From an uncultured virus (IMG/VR IMGVR_UViG_3300003320_000433) (taxonomy: Duplodnaviria > Heunggongvirae > Uroviricota > Caudoviricetes), in IMG/VR virus record IMGVR_UViG_3300003320_000433: a stretch of DNA of 64,000 bases; one strand, given 5' to 3'. Below, piece by piece: positions 38,649-46,738 of the stretch (positions are counted from its first letter, which is position 1; every line of letters begins with the position of its first letter). Position numbers and translations under genes: made by a program. Under the pieces are notes generated by a model. It was not told the origin of the DNA. It ran no database searches and saw nothing but the letters and a program-made list of their open reading frames with translations.

Positions 38649-39347
38649 ATGTTCAGCATCCGCTACAACCGAGCCACCAACCACATCGCTGGGATCGCCT
38701 GCAAGACCCAGAGCAACCAGACCGACGAGAACATCAACGAGACCGGCGTCGTGGCCTACTACGCGGAGAACGCCTGTGGCGTTCTGACCCGTGGCCGTCT
38801 GGCCCAGGGGCAGTCCTACGAGCGCCTGGAGGACGCGCTGGAGGCCGCTCGCAAGACCGGCGGTCGCAAGTGCTGCAAGACCTGCGAGAAGGCCGCGCTG
38901 GCCGCTCTGGAGGCGATCGTCAAGGCTGAGGCCGAGGCCAAGCCGGAGATCGTCGAGGGTGCCGAGCACCAGGTCGGCGACAAGCTGTACTTCCTGCCGG
39001 GCGAGCGTCCCCACGGCTACGTCTGCCCCGCCGGAGAGGTCGAGGTCGTCCGGGTGATCGACCACGGCGAGCCGACGCCGTACGCGCCCCGGTTCAGCTA
39101 CGTGGTCCAGGTGCCGGGCATCTCTGCGACGCGACAGGGCACGGACGCCAGCGAGCTGTACAAGATCGGCGAGGTGCCCAAGGACTACCGCTTCGAGTGG
39201 ACCTACCTGACGGCCATCTGCGGTGAATGCAAGGCCCAGGTCACCTACGCCAACACCAAGCTCGTCGAGGAGCCCATCCACCACGACGGCCCGGTCTACC
39301 CCGGCATGGCCACGGTGAAGCAGCGCCGAGTGTGCGCCCACCACTGA
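38649..39347 (+). CDS. hypothetical protein with Cys motifs
   Basis: CCCCGAGGAGG RBS; CKTC and CGEC. Confidence 0.75.
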   Translation: MFSIRYNRATNHIAGIACKTQSNQTDENINETGVVAYYAENACGVLTRGRLAQGQSYERLEDALEAARKTGGRKCCKTCEKAALAALEAIVKAEAEAKPEIVEGAEHQVGDKLYFLPGERPHGYVCPAGEVEVVRVIDHGEPTPYAPRFSYVVQVPGISATRQGTDASELYKIGEVPKDYRFEWTYLTAICGECKAQVTYANTKLVEEPIHHDGPVYPGMATVKQRRVCAHH

Positions 39348-39364
39348 CCCCAAGGAAGCCCGTA

Positions 39365-39395
39365 GAGGCCCTCTCCACAGCCGGAGAGGGCCTCT
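39365..39395 (+). terminator. hairpin terminator
   Basis: GAGGCCCTCTCC...GGAGAGGGCCTC. Confidence 0.65.
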
Positions 39396-39474
39396 CGGCT
39401 ACCCGCGTCCGGTCTGCTGCCGGCATGCCGGCAAACGGCCACCTACTGATTTTCAACAATCTTCCGGATGCAGG

Positions 39475-39515
39475 TTTCCATGCATGTGGAGATGGGGTAT
39501 AGTTCTTAGTGTAAG
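39475..39515 (+). promoter_or_regulatory. conserved phage promoter
   Basis: TTTCCA-17-TATAGT-7-GTAAG. Confidence 0.7.
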
Positions 39516-39557
39516 GCCGACCGCGAGGGTCGGCCCCGAGGCCCCAAGGAGGCCACG

Positions 39558-39875
39558 ATGGTCCACTCCATCGAGCACGAGAAGCACCAGGTCGCGATCC
39601 AGGTGTCGGTCCTGTCCTACGACCTCAACCGGCTCAACCCGGTCGTGCCGACCCTGATGGCCGAGAACACGCTGGACCAGCTCGTGGCCAAGCGGGACGA
39701 GCTGCTCAGCGCGATCGACGAGCAGGTCGCCCTGGACGGGTTCTACGAGGTTCCGGACCACATGGACGCGTCGTGGCTGGCCACGCTGCTCCAGACCGAG
39801 CTCGGCTCGTACGTGGATGCCGGCATGTACCGCGAGGTCAAGGCGATCATCCCGGTCGACCCCGGCACCGTCTGA
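39558..39875 (+). CDS. hypothetical protein
   Basis: CCCCAAGGAGG RBS. Confidence 0.75.
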   Translation: MVHSIEHEKHQVAIQVSVLSYDLNRLNPVVPTLMAENTLDQLVAKRDELLSAIDEQVALDGFYEVPDHMDASWLATLLQTELGSYVDAGMYREVKAIIPVDPGTV

Positions 39876-39884
39876 TCCATCCCA

Positions 39885-39917
39885 GGAGCCCCGGCTGCCC
39901 CGCGCAGCCGGGGCTCC
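39885..39917 (+). terminator. hairpin terminator
   Basis: GGAGCCCCGGCTGC...GCAGCCGGGGCTCC. Confidence 0.65.
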
Positions 39918-39959
39918 GCCCGTGTCCAAAAGAATCTTCGAGAAAAGTGCACAAACGGG

Positions 39960-40001
39960 TAGCGCGCCGATGTGCACATGGCGTAGAGTTCTTACTGTAA
40001 G
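39960..40001 (+). promoter_or_regulatory. conserved phage promoter
   Basis: TAGCGC-18-TAGAGT-7-GTAAG. Confidence 0.7.
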
Positions 40002-40031
40002 CGAGAGAGCAAGAGCCCCAAGGAGGCAGCC

Positions 40032-40373
40032 ATGAGCGAGAACATGATCTTCGGACACTTCGAGATCCTGGCGGACCTGGACACGTCCACCCGCGACTAC
40101 GACAGCGAGAGCTGCACGATGCTCCTGTGGAACACCGTCCTGGGCGGGCTGTTCCGGCTGGACGCGTCGGGGTGCACCTGCTGCGGGAACATGTACGACG
40201 ACATCAAGGTCGAGAACGCGGTGCTGGTCTCGGACCTGGAGGCGATGGCGCGTGAGGTCCACGAGGCGGTCGTGAGCTCGGACGAGCCCAACGTTCCCGC
40301 GCTGCGGGCGGGGCTGATCCGGGCGATGGAGCTCCTCGGGGTGACCCGCGAGCTCCCCGCGCTGGAGGGCTGA
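40032..40373 (+). CDS. hypothetical protein
   Basis: CCCCAAGGAGG RBS; SGCTC motif. Confidence 0.75.
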   Translation: MSENMIFGHFEILADLDTSTRDYDSESCTMLLWNTVLGGLFRLDASGCTCCGNMYDDIKVENAVLVSDLEAMAREVHEAVVSSDEPNVPALRAGLIRAMELLGVTRELPALEG

Positions 40374-40391
40374 GCGCAACTGCCGGCAACC

Positions 40392-40419
40392 GGCCCGCAT
40401 CCCTTCGGGGGTGCGGGCC
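40392..40419 (+). terminator. hairpin terminator with UUCG loop
   Basis: GGCCCGCATCCC-TTCG-GGGGTGCGGGCC. Confidence 0.65.
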
Positions 40420-40450
40420 TGAGGTGGTGAAAGAATCTTCCAAGTGCAGG

Positions 40451-40491
40451 TAGCCAAACACCTGCACATGGAGTATAGTAGTTCTCGTAAG
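40451..40491 (+). promoter_or_regulatory. conserved phage promoter
   Basis: TAGCCA-17-TATAGT-7-GTAAG. Confidence 0.75.
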
Positions 40492-40524
40492 GCCAACCGG
40501 AACGAAGCCCCAAGGAGGCTCCCG

Positions 40525-40858
40525 ATGATGAACTCCGCGAAGACCGCCGAGACCGTCGCCAAGATCGCCCAGTCCGCCGCGCAGACCCTGCTCACCGCTC
40601 AGGCCCGCGTCACNNNNNNNNNNNNNNNNNNNNNNNNNNNNNNNNNNNNNNNNNNNNNNNNNNNNNNNNNNNNNNNNNNNNNNNNNNNNNNNNNNNNNNN
40701 NNNNNNNNNNNNNNNNNNNGTGGCTGGAGGACGCCGAGGAGCAGCTGATCTTCAACTCCGCCCCCGGCTCCACCTCGCAGGTCCAGAACGAGATGGACAA
40801 GGCCGAGCGCAAGGCAATGCAGAACGCCTACAAGGCGCTGAGCCGCTGCAAGGCCTGA
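40525..40858 (+). CDS. hypothetical protein interrupted by an N gap
   Basis: MMNSAKTAE... before the gap and ...WLEDAEEQLIFN...RCKA* after it. Confidence 0.6.
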
Positions 40859-40874
40859 CCAACCGGCCCAACCC

Positions 40875-40907
40875 GGAGCCCCGTTCCCCAAGTGGGAGCG
40901 GGGCTCC
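40875..40907 (+). terminator. hairpin terminator
   Basis: GGAGCCCCGTTCCC...GGGAGCGGGGCTCC. Confidence 0.65.
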
Positions 40908-41148
40908 GCTGCGTTATGGGGTCGGCAAGGCCGCTACGTGGCCGCGTAACGGCTCCGCGCTGCGTGCGAGCCCCGTTGGGCCAGACTGAGGGCGTTCGGC
41001 CCGCTACGGGCCACGTAGGGCTTCCGCCCGGACGTAACGGCGAACCGGTCAGAGCGCCCCGGAGGGGCGAGTCCATGCCGGCTCCGCGCCCGATTCGACC
41101 CGATTCGTTCCGAGGCGCGGTGAATCGCCGTAGACGCCCAGCACTCAT

Positions 41149-41239
41149 GTCTACCTGGTCAAACAAAAGTTCTTGAAGAAAGTTCAAGAATGCCGGCAAG
41201 CCATCTACCAGGACATTCAGCATGTTTGACCAGGTAGAC
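41149..41239. repeat. perfect 17-bp inverted repeat upstream of the ncRNA-A promoter
   Basis: GTCTACCTGGTCAAACA (41149-41165) / TGTTTGACCAGGTAGAC (41223-41239). Confidence 0.8.
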
Positions 41240-41245
41240 GCGGTG

Positions 41246-41286
41246 TTGCCTTTCCTGTGGATATGGAGCATGATAGTTCCTGTAAG
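41246..41286 (+). promoter_or_regulatory. variant promoter driving ncRNA-A
   Basis: TTGCCT-17-CATGAT-7-GTAAG; same hexamers at 45596. Confidence 0.65.
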
Positions 41287-41647
41287 CGAGAGGGCGGCGA
41301 GCGAAGCTCCCGGGACGGCGACTCCAGCCGACGGTCGAGGCTCCACCCGAAGAACGCGAACACCGAGCAAGGCGGCCAGGCGACAGGTCGGTAGCAGCAA
41401 ATGCAGCGTCGGAGACAGGGCACCGACCCTCCACAAGAAAACGGCAGCGAAGGTAGTAGCGCGCAACTCTCCGGGGACGGACGCGCGGCAGGCTAGGGAG
41501 ACACGGAACCAGCCACCGCACGAGAGAACATCCGGAAGGTTGGCAAGGCGTGAGGGCGGAGCGAACGGGCGGAGCGGCTGGTAGGTCCCACCGACGCCCG
41601 AGTAACACAACAAGACGAAACAGCCCCGTCGGGAGACGCTGGCTGTC
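41282..41647 (+). ncRNA. putative structured ncRNA-A (~366 nt, ending at the hammerhead 1 cut)
   Basis: No RBS-led ORF; purine-rich; paralogous to 45632-46077 with compensatory changes. Confidence 0.6.
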
Positions 41648-41676
41648 GGCCGCTGAACGGCGGTCCTGAGGAGTCT
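41613..41676 (+). ncRNA. type II hammerhead ribozyme 1
   Basis: AGAC-GAAA-CAGCC..GGCTG-TC^(41647)-GGCCGCTG..CGGCGGTC-CTGAGGA-GTCT. Confidence 0.92.
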
Positions 41677-41687
41677 CTGGAGGAACG

Positions 41688-41888
41688 ATGTCCATGCGAA
41701 GCCGCAACACCGTGGCCGGTACGACCGACGCGGGGTTGCCCAAGCGGCGCATCAACGGCTCCAACCCGCCCAACAAGCCGGGCACAACGGCCGAGTCCCG
41801 CTCGACCGTGACGGACGGCTCGGTGCTGGAGGGTCCGGGCGATGTGGTCCAGGGTCCGACCAACGGCCCCGACCAGATCAACCGCTGA
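41688..41888 (+). CDS. hypothetical protein (66 aa)
   Basis: GGAGG RBS directly after hammerhead 1; hairpin follows the stop. Confidence 0.6.
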   Translation: MSMRSRNTVAGTTDAGLPKRRINGSNPPNKPGTTAESRSTVTDGSVLEGPGDVVQGPTNGPDQINR

Positions 41889-41959
41889 AGGAAGGCAGCC
41901 GGGGAGTCCAGCGCTCCCCGGCATGCCGGCAACAACTTTAAGAAACTTGCACTGCACAG

Positions 41960-42001
41960 TAGCCATGCCGGCTGCATGTGGAGTATAGTAGTTACTGTAA
42001 G
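41960..42001 (+). promoter_or_regulatory. conserved phage promoter
   Basis: TAGCCA-18-TATAGT-7-GTAAG. Confidence 0.75.
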
Positions 42002-42034
42002 GCCGACCGAACGAGAGTCCCCAAGGAGGACCCC

Positions 42035-42622
42035 ATGGCCCGCAACGAGAACAAGACCCCGAAGAACTACGAGGCGATCGCCGCCAAGGCTCCGACCCAG
42101 CTGCACCAGGACTTCGCCGAGTGGCTGTACCTGCAGACCGGCGTCCGCGTCGACCTGAAGACGGTCCAGCTGGTGACCGTCCTCCGGATGGACTTCCAGG
42201 CCAGCCCCGAGAACCAGGCCAAGCTGGCCGAGCGCAAGGCCAAGGCTGCGGCAGCCAAGAAGGCGTCGGCCGAGCGCAAGAAGGCCAAGCTGGAGAAGAT
42301 GCTGGCCGAGATCAAGGGCGAGACCAAGACCGAGAAGGCCGAGGAGCCTGAGGTCGAGGCTCCGGCCGAGCCGGGTCCGGTCCAGAAGCTGACCGTGGTC
42401 TACACAGGAACCGGCGAGCCCCAGGTCCACAAGTTCGGCTGCGCCGACCTGAAGAAGATGACCAAGGCCAAGGGCTTCTCCAAGGAGACCGCGCAGGTCC
42501 GCAGCCACACCGAGCTGACCCACTTGATCTACTCCGACATGATCGACTCCGGCGAGTCGAGCCTGGAGGACAACTACATGGCCTACGAGGCCAAGCCCTG
42601 CTGCCCCGCGCTGGACAGCTGA
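42035..42622 (+). CDS. KTVQL-family protein, paralog 1
   Basis: PTQLHQDFAEWL..TG..DLKTVQLVTVLRMDFQASPENQA. Confidence 0.8.
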   Translation: MARNENKTPKNYEAIAAKAPTQLHQDFAEWLYLQTGVRVDLKTVQLVTVLRMDFQASPENQAKLAERKAKAAAAKKASAERKKAKLEKMLAEIKGETKTEKAEEPEVEAPAEPGPVQKLTVVYTGTGEPQVHKFGCADLKKMTKAKGFSKETAQVRSHTELTHLIYSDMIDSGESSLEDNYMAYEAKPCCPALDS

Positions 42623-42628
42623 CCAACA

Positions 42629-42702
42629 GGACGAAACGGCCCGGACGCCTCAACCAGAGGCGGACGGGCCGTCTGCGGCTGAGTGGCCGTACTGACGAGT
42701 CC
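42629..42702 (+). ncRNA. type II hammerhead ribozyme 2
   Basis: GGAC-GAAA-CGGCCCG..CGGGCCG-TC^(42673)-TGCGGC..GCCGTA-CTGACGA-GTCC. Confidence 0.93.
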
Positions 42703-42711
42703 CCCAGGAGG

Positions 42712-43035
42712 ATGGTCATGGGTCTGGTTCCGCTGCCGAGCGACGACGAGGTCGTCAAGGCGTGGCGCAATCACGACAAGAACAACTCGCGGACTGCCAA
42801 GTACTTCGGCGTCAACGAGAGCACGATCCGCAAGGTCGTGCAGCGCGCAACTGGCCGGACGCCTCGGCCCTACAAGAGGCTCCCGCTGGGCGGTGCAGCG
42901 CTCTACGGGGCGTTCCTCAAGGAAGGCGGTGACTGCCACTCGGTAGGCCGCCTAGCGCGCTCCTACGGCGTCAAGCCGCAGTCTGTACGTGCGGCGCTCC
43001 GCCGCTATCTCGATCGGGTCGACCCGGTCAACTGA
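42712..43035 (+). CDS. helix-turn-helix DNA-binding protein
   Basis: NSRTAKYFGVNESTIRKVV and VGRLARSYGVKPQSVRAAL (two HTH-like motifs). Confidence 0.7.
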   Translation: MVMGLVPLPSDDEVVKAWRNHDKNNSRTAKYFGVNESTIRKVVQRATGRTPRPYKRLPLGGAALYGAFLKEGGDCHSVGRLARSYGVKPQSVRAALRRYLDRVDPVN

Positions 43036-43055
43036 GTCCCCAAGGAGGACACCCC

Positions 43056-43274
43056 ATGGACAACGACCGCAAGGCTGTGTACGACTACATCATGAACGCG
43101 GACGGCCTCATCAAGATGTCGACGTTCGCGATCTTCGACGGTGTGGTCAACAAGGACTACGTCGTCATCCACAGCGCACCGCCGCGTGTCGTGCGCGAGC
43201 TCGTCGGCTTCTGCAAGATGGTGTCGATGAGCGAGCAGGGCCTGCTGATCCCGCTGACCAAGAAGGAGAGCTAG
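43056..43274 (+). CDS. hypothetical protein
   Basis: GAGTCCCCAAGGAGG leader. Confidence 0.7.
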   Translation: MDNDRKAVYDYIMNADGLIKMSTFAIFDGVVNKDYVVIHSAPPRVVRELVGFCKMVSMSEQGLLIPLTKKES

Positions 43275-43438
43275 TGACACGGGGAACACCGATCCCGCAG
43301 GATCCGAGCGGAGCCCACGAGGCCGCTCCTCCGCCGGAGGCCGACCCGGTCGTCCAGGCGGAGGCACGGGGGCACAGCCCGGCGGATCAGGTCCAGCCGC
43401 CGGACGCGGACGCCATCGACCTCTACGGAGGCATCTGA
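43274..43438 (+). CDS. small hypothetical protein
   Basis: AAGGAG RBS; TAGTG coupling. Confidence 0.5.
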   Translation: MTRGTPIPQDPSGAHEAAPPPEADPVVQAEARGHSPADQVQPPDADAIDLYGGI

Positions 43439-43439
43439 C

Positions 43440-43520
43440 ATGTTCATCCTGGAGATCCTCGCCGAGACGATCGGCGAGTTCATCGGCGCTCTGTTCGGGC
43501 GCAGAAGGAGGCGCAAGTGA
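43440..43520 (+). CDS. 26-aa amphipathic peptide
   Basis: MFILEILAETIGEFIGALFGRRRRRK; GGAGG RBS. Confidence 0.5.
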   Translation: MFILEILAETIGEFIGALFGRRRRRK

Positions 43521-43693
43521 GCGGCGAGACACCGCGTGGCGTGACCGGGCCGGGATACGACGAGCACCAGGCCACGCCGCACAAGGACCACAACCACTCA
43601 GACCACCAGGTTCAGCCGGACAACCAGAACACCGGAACTGCCGGCACGACACATGGCGAGGGTGGACGCCAGCACACGGAGCACGCGCCATGA
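43517..43693 (+). CDS. small His-rich hypothetical protein
   Basis: AAGGAGG RBS; GTGA overlap. Confidence 0.5.
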   Translation: MSGETPRGVTGPGYDEHQATPHKDHNHSDHQVQPDNQNTGTAGTTHGEGGRQHTEHAP

Positions 43694-43833
43694 GTGCGCC
43701 CCAGGTCGTAGAGGTCGACGTCCCCGAGTGGGCCGTCGGCCTCCCTGGCGCACTGGAGCTCTATGCGGCAATCAAGGCTGAGTTCTCGTTCATGAGCGAC
43801 GACTGCATCTGGGAGCTCGTGCGCGACTGGTGA
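43690..43833 (+). CDS. small hypothetical protein
   Basis: ATGA overlap; stops 3 nt before hammerhead 3. Confidence 0.55.
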   Translation: MSAPQVVEVDVPEWAVGLPGALELYAAIKAEFSFMSDDCIWELVRDW

Positions 43834-43836
43834 CAA

Positions 43837-43889
43837 GGACGAAACCTCCGGAAGGAGGTCGGGTGCTGGATGGCACTCCTGATGAGTCC
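43837..43889 (+). ncRNA. type II hammerhead ribozyme 3
   Basis: GGAC-GAAA-CCTCC-GGAA-GGAGG-TC^(43860)-GGGTGC..GCACTC-CTGATGA-GTCC. Confidence 0.95.
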
Positions 43890-43903
43890 CCAAGGAGGAC
43901 ATC

Positions 43904-44137
43904 GTGTCCAGTAGCAGGATCAAGGCAGGGCTGGAGACCCTTGCGCCGTTCCAGGGCACACACATCCGGACCGACGACCGGTCCGAGTTCGTCAGGTTCC
44001 CCAACATGCTCATGGCTGCACAGTTCGTGAAGTACTTCCAGCTTGAGGAAGTCGCCTTCGCCTGTGTAGCGAGCGAGCACGCCGACAGGCGTAGGTTCGA
44101 CGTCCGTGTGGTCGTTGAGCTCGTACGTCGGCGCTGA
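43904..44137 (+). CDS. hypothetical protein
   Basis: CCAAGGAGG RBS fused to hammerhead 3. Confidence 0.65.
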   Translation: MSSSRIKAGLETLAPFQGTHIRTDDRSEFVRFPNMLMAAQFVKYFQLEEVAFACVASEHADRRRFDVRVVVELVRRR

Positions 44138-44156
44138 GGCCCGAAGGAGGCCCAAC

Positions 44157-44552
44157 ATGTACGACCGCAAGCATCGCATCCAGGTGGCGTTCGACGCCGA
44201 GACGGTCGGTGTCCCGCTGGACCCCGAGACGTTCGAGGACCACCTGGAATTCGCAACCGAGTACCAGCTGGCGATGTACCGGCTCGGGTCCAAGTCGAAG
44301 CGCGACGAGACCCGCCCGCACGTCCGCCACGGTCTGGCGTCGCGCTACTCTCTCATGGAGCTCCGCGCGCTGTTTCTGTTCGCCAACGCCGAGCACAAGG
44401 CCGAGATCGCCAAAGGCGGACGACTCAACGAGCTGGAGCGCGGAGAGCTCTGGGTGCAGATCGCCGACGACGGGCTGATCGAGTTCCCCGCCCGTGGCAC
44501 GGCTCCGGTTGCCACGGACAAGTCCATCACGATCAAGTACGACAACAACTAG
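44157..44552 (+). CDS. hypothetical protein
   Basis: AAGGAGG RBS. Confidence 0.7.
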   Translation: MYDRKHRIQVAFDAETVGVPLDPETFEDHLEFATEYQLAMYRLGSKSKRDETRPHVRHGLASRYSLMELRALFLFANAEHKAEIAKGGRLNELERGELWVQIADDGLIEFPARGTAPVATDKSITIKYDNN

Positions 44553-44582
44553 CATCACCAGTCCCCAAGGAGGACAAGCACA

Positions 44583-44930
44583 ATGGCTAAGCGCATCCAG
44601 GTTCGCCCCACGGTCGTCGAGGTGCTGTCGCACAACGTCGGCAAGGTCGTCACGATCAGCGACATCATGTCGCGTCTGCCCAAGGGAGCGCAGCCCGCTT
44701 CCGTCCGCAATGCCGTGCGCTGGCTCATGGACGAGGGCGGCATGTGCATCAGCGTCATCTCTGCCGGCAACAGCTGGCGTCTGGAGTCGCTGGACAACTC
44801 CGGCTTCAGCACCCGCGCCAACCCGGATGCCGGCAAGTCGCTGGTGTTCGAGCTCGTGGGCGAGAAGGAGGACGGCACCCGCGTTGTGCGCGACCCGGAC
44901 GGGAAGCTCTACGACGTAACGCCTCTCTAG
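44583..44930 (+). CDS. putative winged-helix protein
   Basis: GTCCCCAAGGAGG leader; VTISDIMSRL...SVRNAVRWL. Confidence 0.65.
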   Translation: MAKRIQVRPTVVEVLSHNVGKVVTISDIMSRLPKGAQPASVRNAVRWLMDEGGMCISVISAGNSWRLESLDNSGFSTRANPDAGKSLVFELVGEKEDGTRVVRDPDGKLYDVTPL

Positions 44931-45025
44931 CGGCCCTACGCGGCCACGTAACGAACGAACGCGCCCCGGTCAGGCACTCGCCCCGACCGGGGCGTTCCGA
45001 GCCCTTACACGAGCGAAGGACAGGC

Positions 45026-45427
45026 ATGAAGATCAGGAACGTGGCGATGGCCGGGGCAGTGCTGCTCGCGGTCGCTGCATGCGACGCCAATGCACCGGCC
45101 CAGAAGGCGGTCAGCGGCGACCGGGACGACGTCAAGAAGGTGGACGCCGTCAAGGAGAAGAGCCACAAGGAGCTGGCCAGCAGCACGACCTGCACCCGCA
45201 GAGTTGCCGGCAAGTGCAAGGCGACGAAGACGACCAAGACCTGGAAGAAGGTCGTCGACCAGGCCGCCAAGCCCGCGCTGTACTGCGTCGAGCTGGACAA
45301 CGTCAACGGCTCCGCCAAGGACGACGACGTGTGGTACACCACCACCAGCGCTGTCTACTGGAAGGCCGTGGCCAAGCACGAGGGCGATCGCATGAAGTTC
45401 ATGCCGCTCCACGGCGGCTGCTGGTAG
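45026..45427 (+). CDS. predicted lipoprotein
   Basis: MKIRNVAMAGAVLLAVAA-C signal with lipobox. Confidence 0.7.
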   Translation: MKIRNVAMAGAVLLAVAACDANAPAQKAVSGDRDDVKKVDAVKEKSHKELASSTTCTRRVAGKCKATKTTKTWKKVVDQAAKPALYCVELDNVNGSAKDDDVWYTTTSAVYWKAVAKHEGDRMKFMPLHGGCW

Positions 45428-45595
45428 GCCGCAGGCCGGGTGAATCGCCGTTGACGATGTGATTCGCCCGATTCGACCTGATACGCGTCGCACTCATGCC
45501 GGCCTGCGGAAACGTAGAAAGTCGAAAAAAGTTCCAAGAAGTTTGCACATGCCCCTACCTGCGCATTCACCGAGAATGACCAGGTAGGGGCTGAG

Positions 45596-45636
45596 TTGCC
45601 TCCGGCCCAGATCTGGCGCATGATTCTTCCTGTAAG
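45596..45636 (+). promoter_or_regulatory. variant promoter driving ncRNA-B
   Basis: TTGCCT-17-CATGAT-7-GTAAG. Confidence 0.65.
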
Positions 45637-46077
45637 CGAACGAGGGCAGGGAACGAAGCTCCCCAACTGGCCGGTCTGGCCGAGGGTAGAGGTTCCGCCC
45701 GAAGACCGCGAACCCGAGCAGGACAGCCAAGAGAGACGGCTGAGATCGCGCCCCGGAGACGGGCCGCTGACTCTAGACAGGAACCGGACTCCCCAAAACC
45801 GGTAGTTGCGAGCGAAGCGACTGGACTGGCCGAGGACGGGCAGCCGACTCCCACTGCGGGCGTCGGAAGCGCACACATCCGGTTGGTACTGAAAGCTGCT
45901 AGCGAGCGACGGACTCCACCTCTTCAAGCCTGGGTCAAGTGAGACACCCCGCTCGGGGCACCTCTGGCCAGGAAGTCGAAAGGTGGACGGTCTGCCGGCA
46001 ACCGCAACCCTCGAAGCGAGGAGATGCCGGCACGAACAACAAGGACGAAACGAGCCCGCTGGGAAGCGCTGCTCGTA
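45632..46077 (+). ncRNA. putative structured ncRNA-B (~446 nt, ending at the hammerhead 4 cut)
   Basis: No RBS-led ORF; paralogous to 41282-41647. Confidence 0.6.
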
Positions 46078-46106
46078 CGCCGGTGGATGCCGGTGCTGAG
46101 GAGTCC
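46043..46106 (+). ncRNA. type II hammerhead ribozyme 4
   Basis: GGAC-GAAA-CGAGC..GCTCG-TA^(46077)-CGCCGGT..GCCGGTG-CTGAGGA-GTCC. Confidence 0.92.
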
Positions 46107-46119
46107 CCAAGGAGGAACC

Positions 46120-46599
46120 ATGTCCGAGAACACCACCGCCAAGAAGACCTTCGCCGAGCGCGCCGCAGCGGAGCCCACCGAGCTCCACAAGCAGTTCGCG
46201 GCGTGGATCGAGGCGCAGACCGGGATCAAGCCCGACCTCAAGACCGTCCAGCTGGTCACGACCCTGCGGATGGACTTCCAGAAGTCGGACGAGAACCAGG
46301 CCGCGCTGAAGGAGCGCAAGGTCGCCGCCGAGAAGAAGGCGGCGGAGGCGCTGGCCCGGAAGCGGGCCAAGCTGGAGGCGGAGCTCGCCAAGCTCAACGG
46401 GAGCACGGCGAGCGAGGACAAGGCCGACGAGGCGAAGCCCGAGGAGCCCGCTGAGGCCCCGAAGGACGCCTCCGAGCCCACCGCTCAGGCGGAGGGCGAG
46501 AACGCCCCGGAGACGGCCACGGAGGCCGCCGCTGAGGCCAAGACGGACGCGCCCAAGCCGCGTGCCCGCCGCACTCGCCGGACCACCGGCACCAAGTAA
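46120..46599 (+). CDS. KTVQL-family protein, paralog 2
   Basis: PTELHKQFAAWI..TG..DLKTVQLVTTLRMDFQKSDENQA. Confidence 0.8.
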   Translation: MSENTTAKKTFAERAAAEPTELHKQFAAWIEAQTGIKPDLKTVQLVTTLRMDFQKSDENQAALKERKVAAEKKAAEALARKRAKLEAELAKLNGSTASEDKADEAKPEEPAEAPKDASEPTAQAEGENAPETATEAAAEAKTDAPKPRARRTRRTTGTK

Positions 46600-46661
46600 C
46601 ACCCCTGACGCCCCCGGTCGAGTGGCAGCCGCAGAGCACCTCGACCGGGGTGCATGGGTAA

Positions 46662-46725
46662 GGACGAAACCTAGGGCGGCTCGCCGCCCGATGGTCCGGC
46701 GCTGAACGGCGCTGCTGAGGAGTCC
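46662..46725 (+). ncRNA. type II hammerhead ribozyme 5
   Basis: GGAC-GAAA-CC..GGGCGGC/GCCGCCC..GG-TC^(46696)-CGGCGCTG..CGGCGCTG-CTGAGGA-GTCC. Confidence 0.88.
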
Positions 46726-46738
46726 CCAAGGAGGAACC

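Noticed and set aside
40614..40719. Apparent frameshift in the 40525 gene
   Set aside because: Assembly gap of Ns.
41222..41584. 120-aa ORF over ncRNA-A (and 45596-45805 over ncRNA-B)
   Set aside because: Starts lie upstream of the predicted TSS, there is no RBS, and the paralogous alignment contains a 1-nt indel.
43030..43050. CTGAGTCCCCAAGGAGG (also 42015 and 44560) as further hammerheads
   Set aside because: Only the 3' leader is present; no CUGANGA core or upstream GGAC-GAAA and stems.
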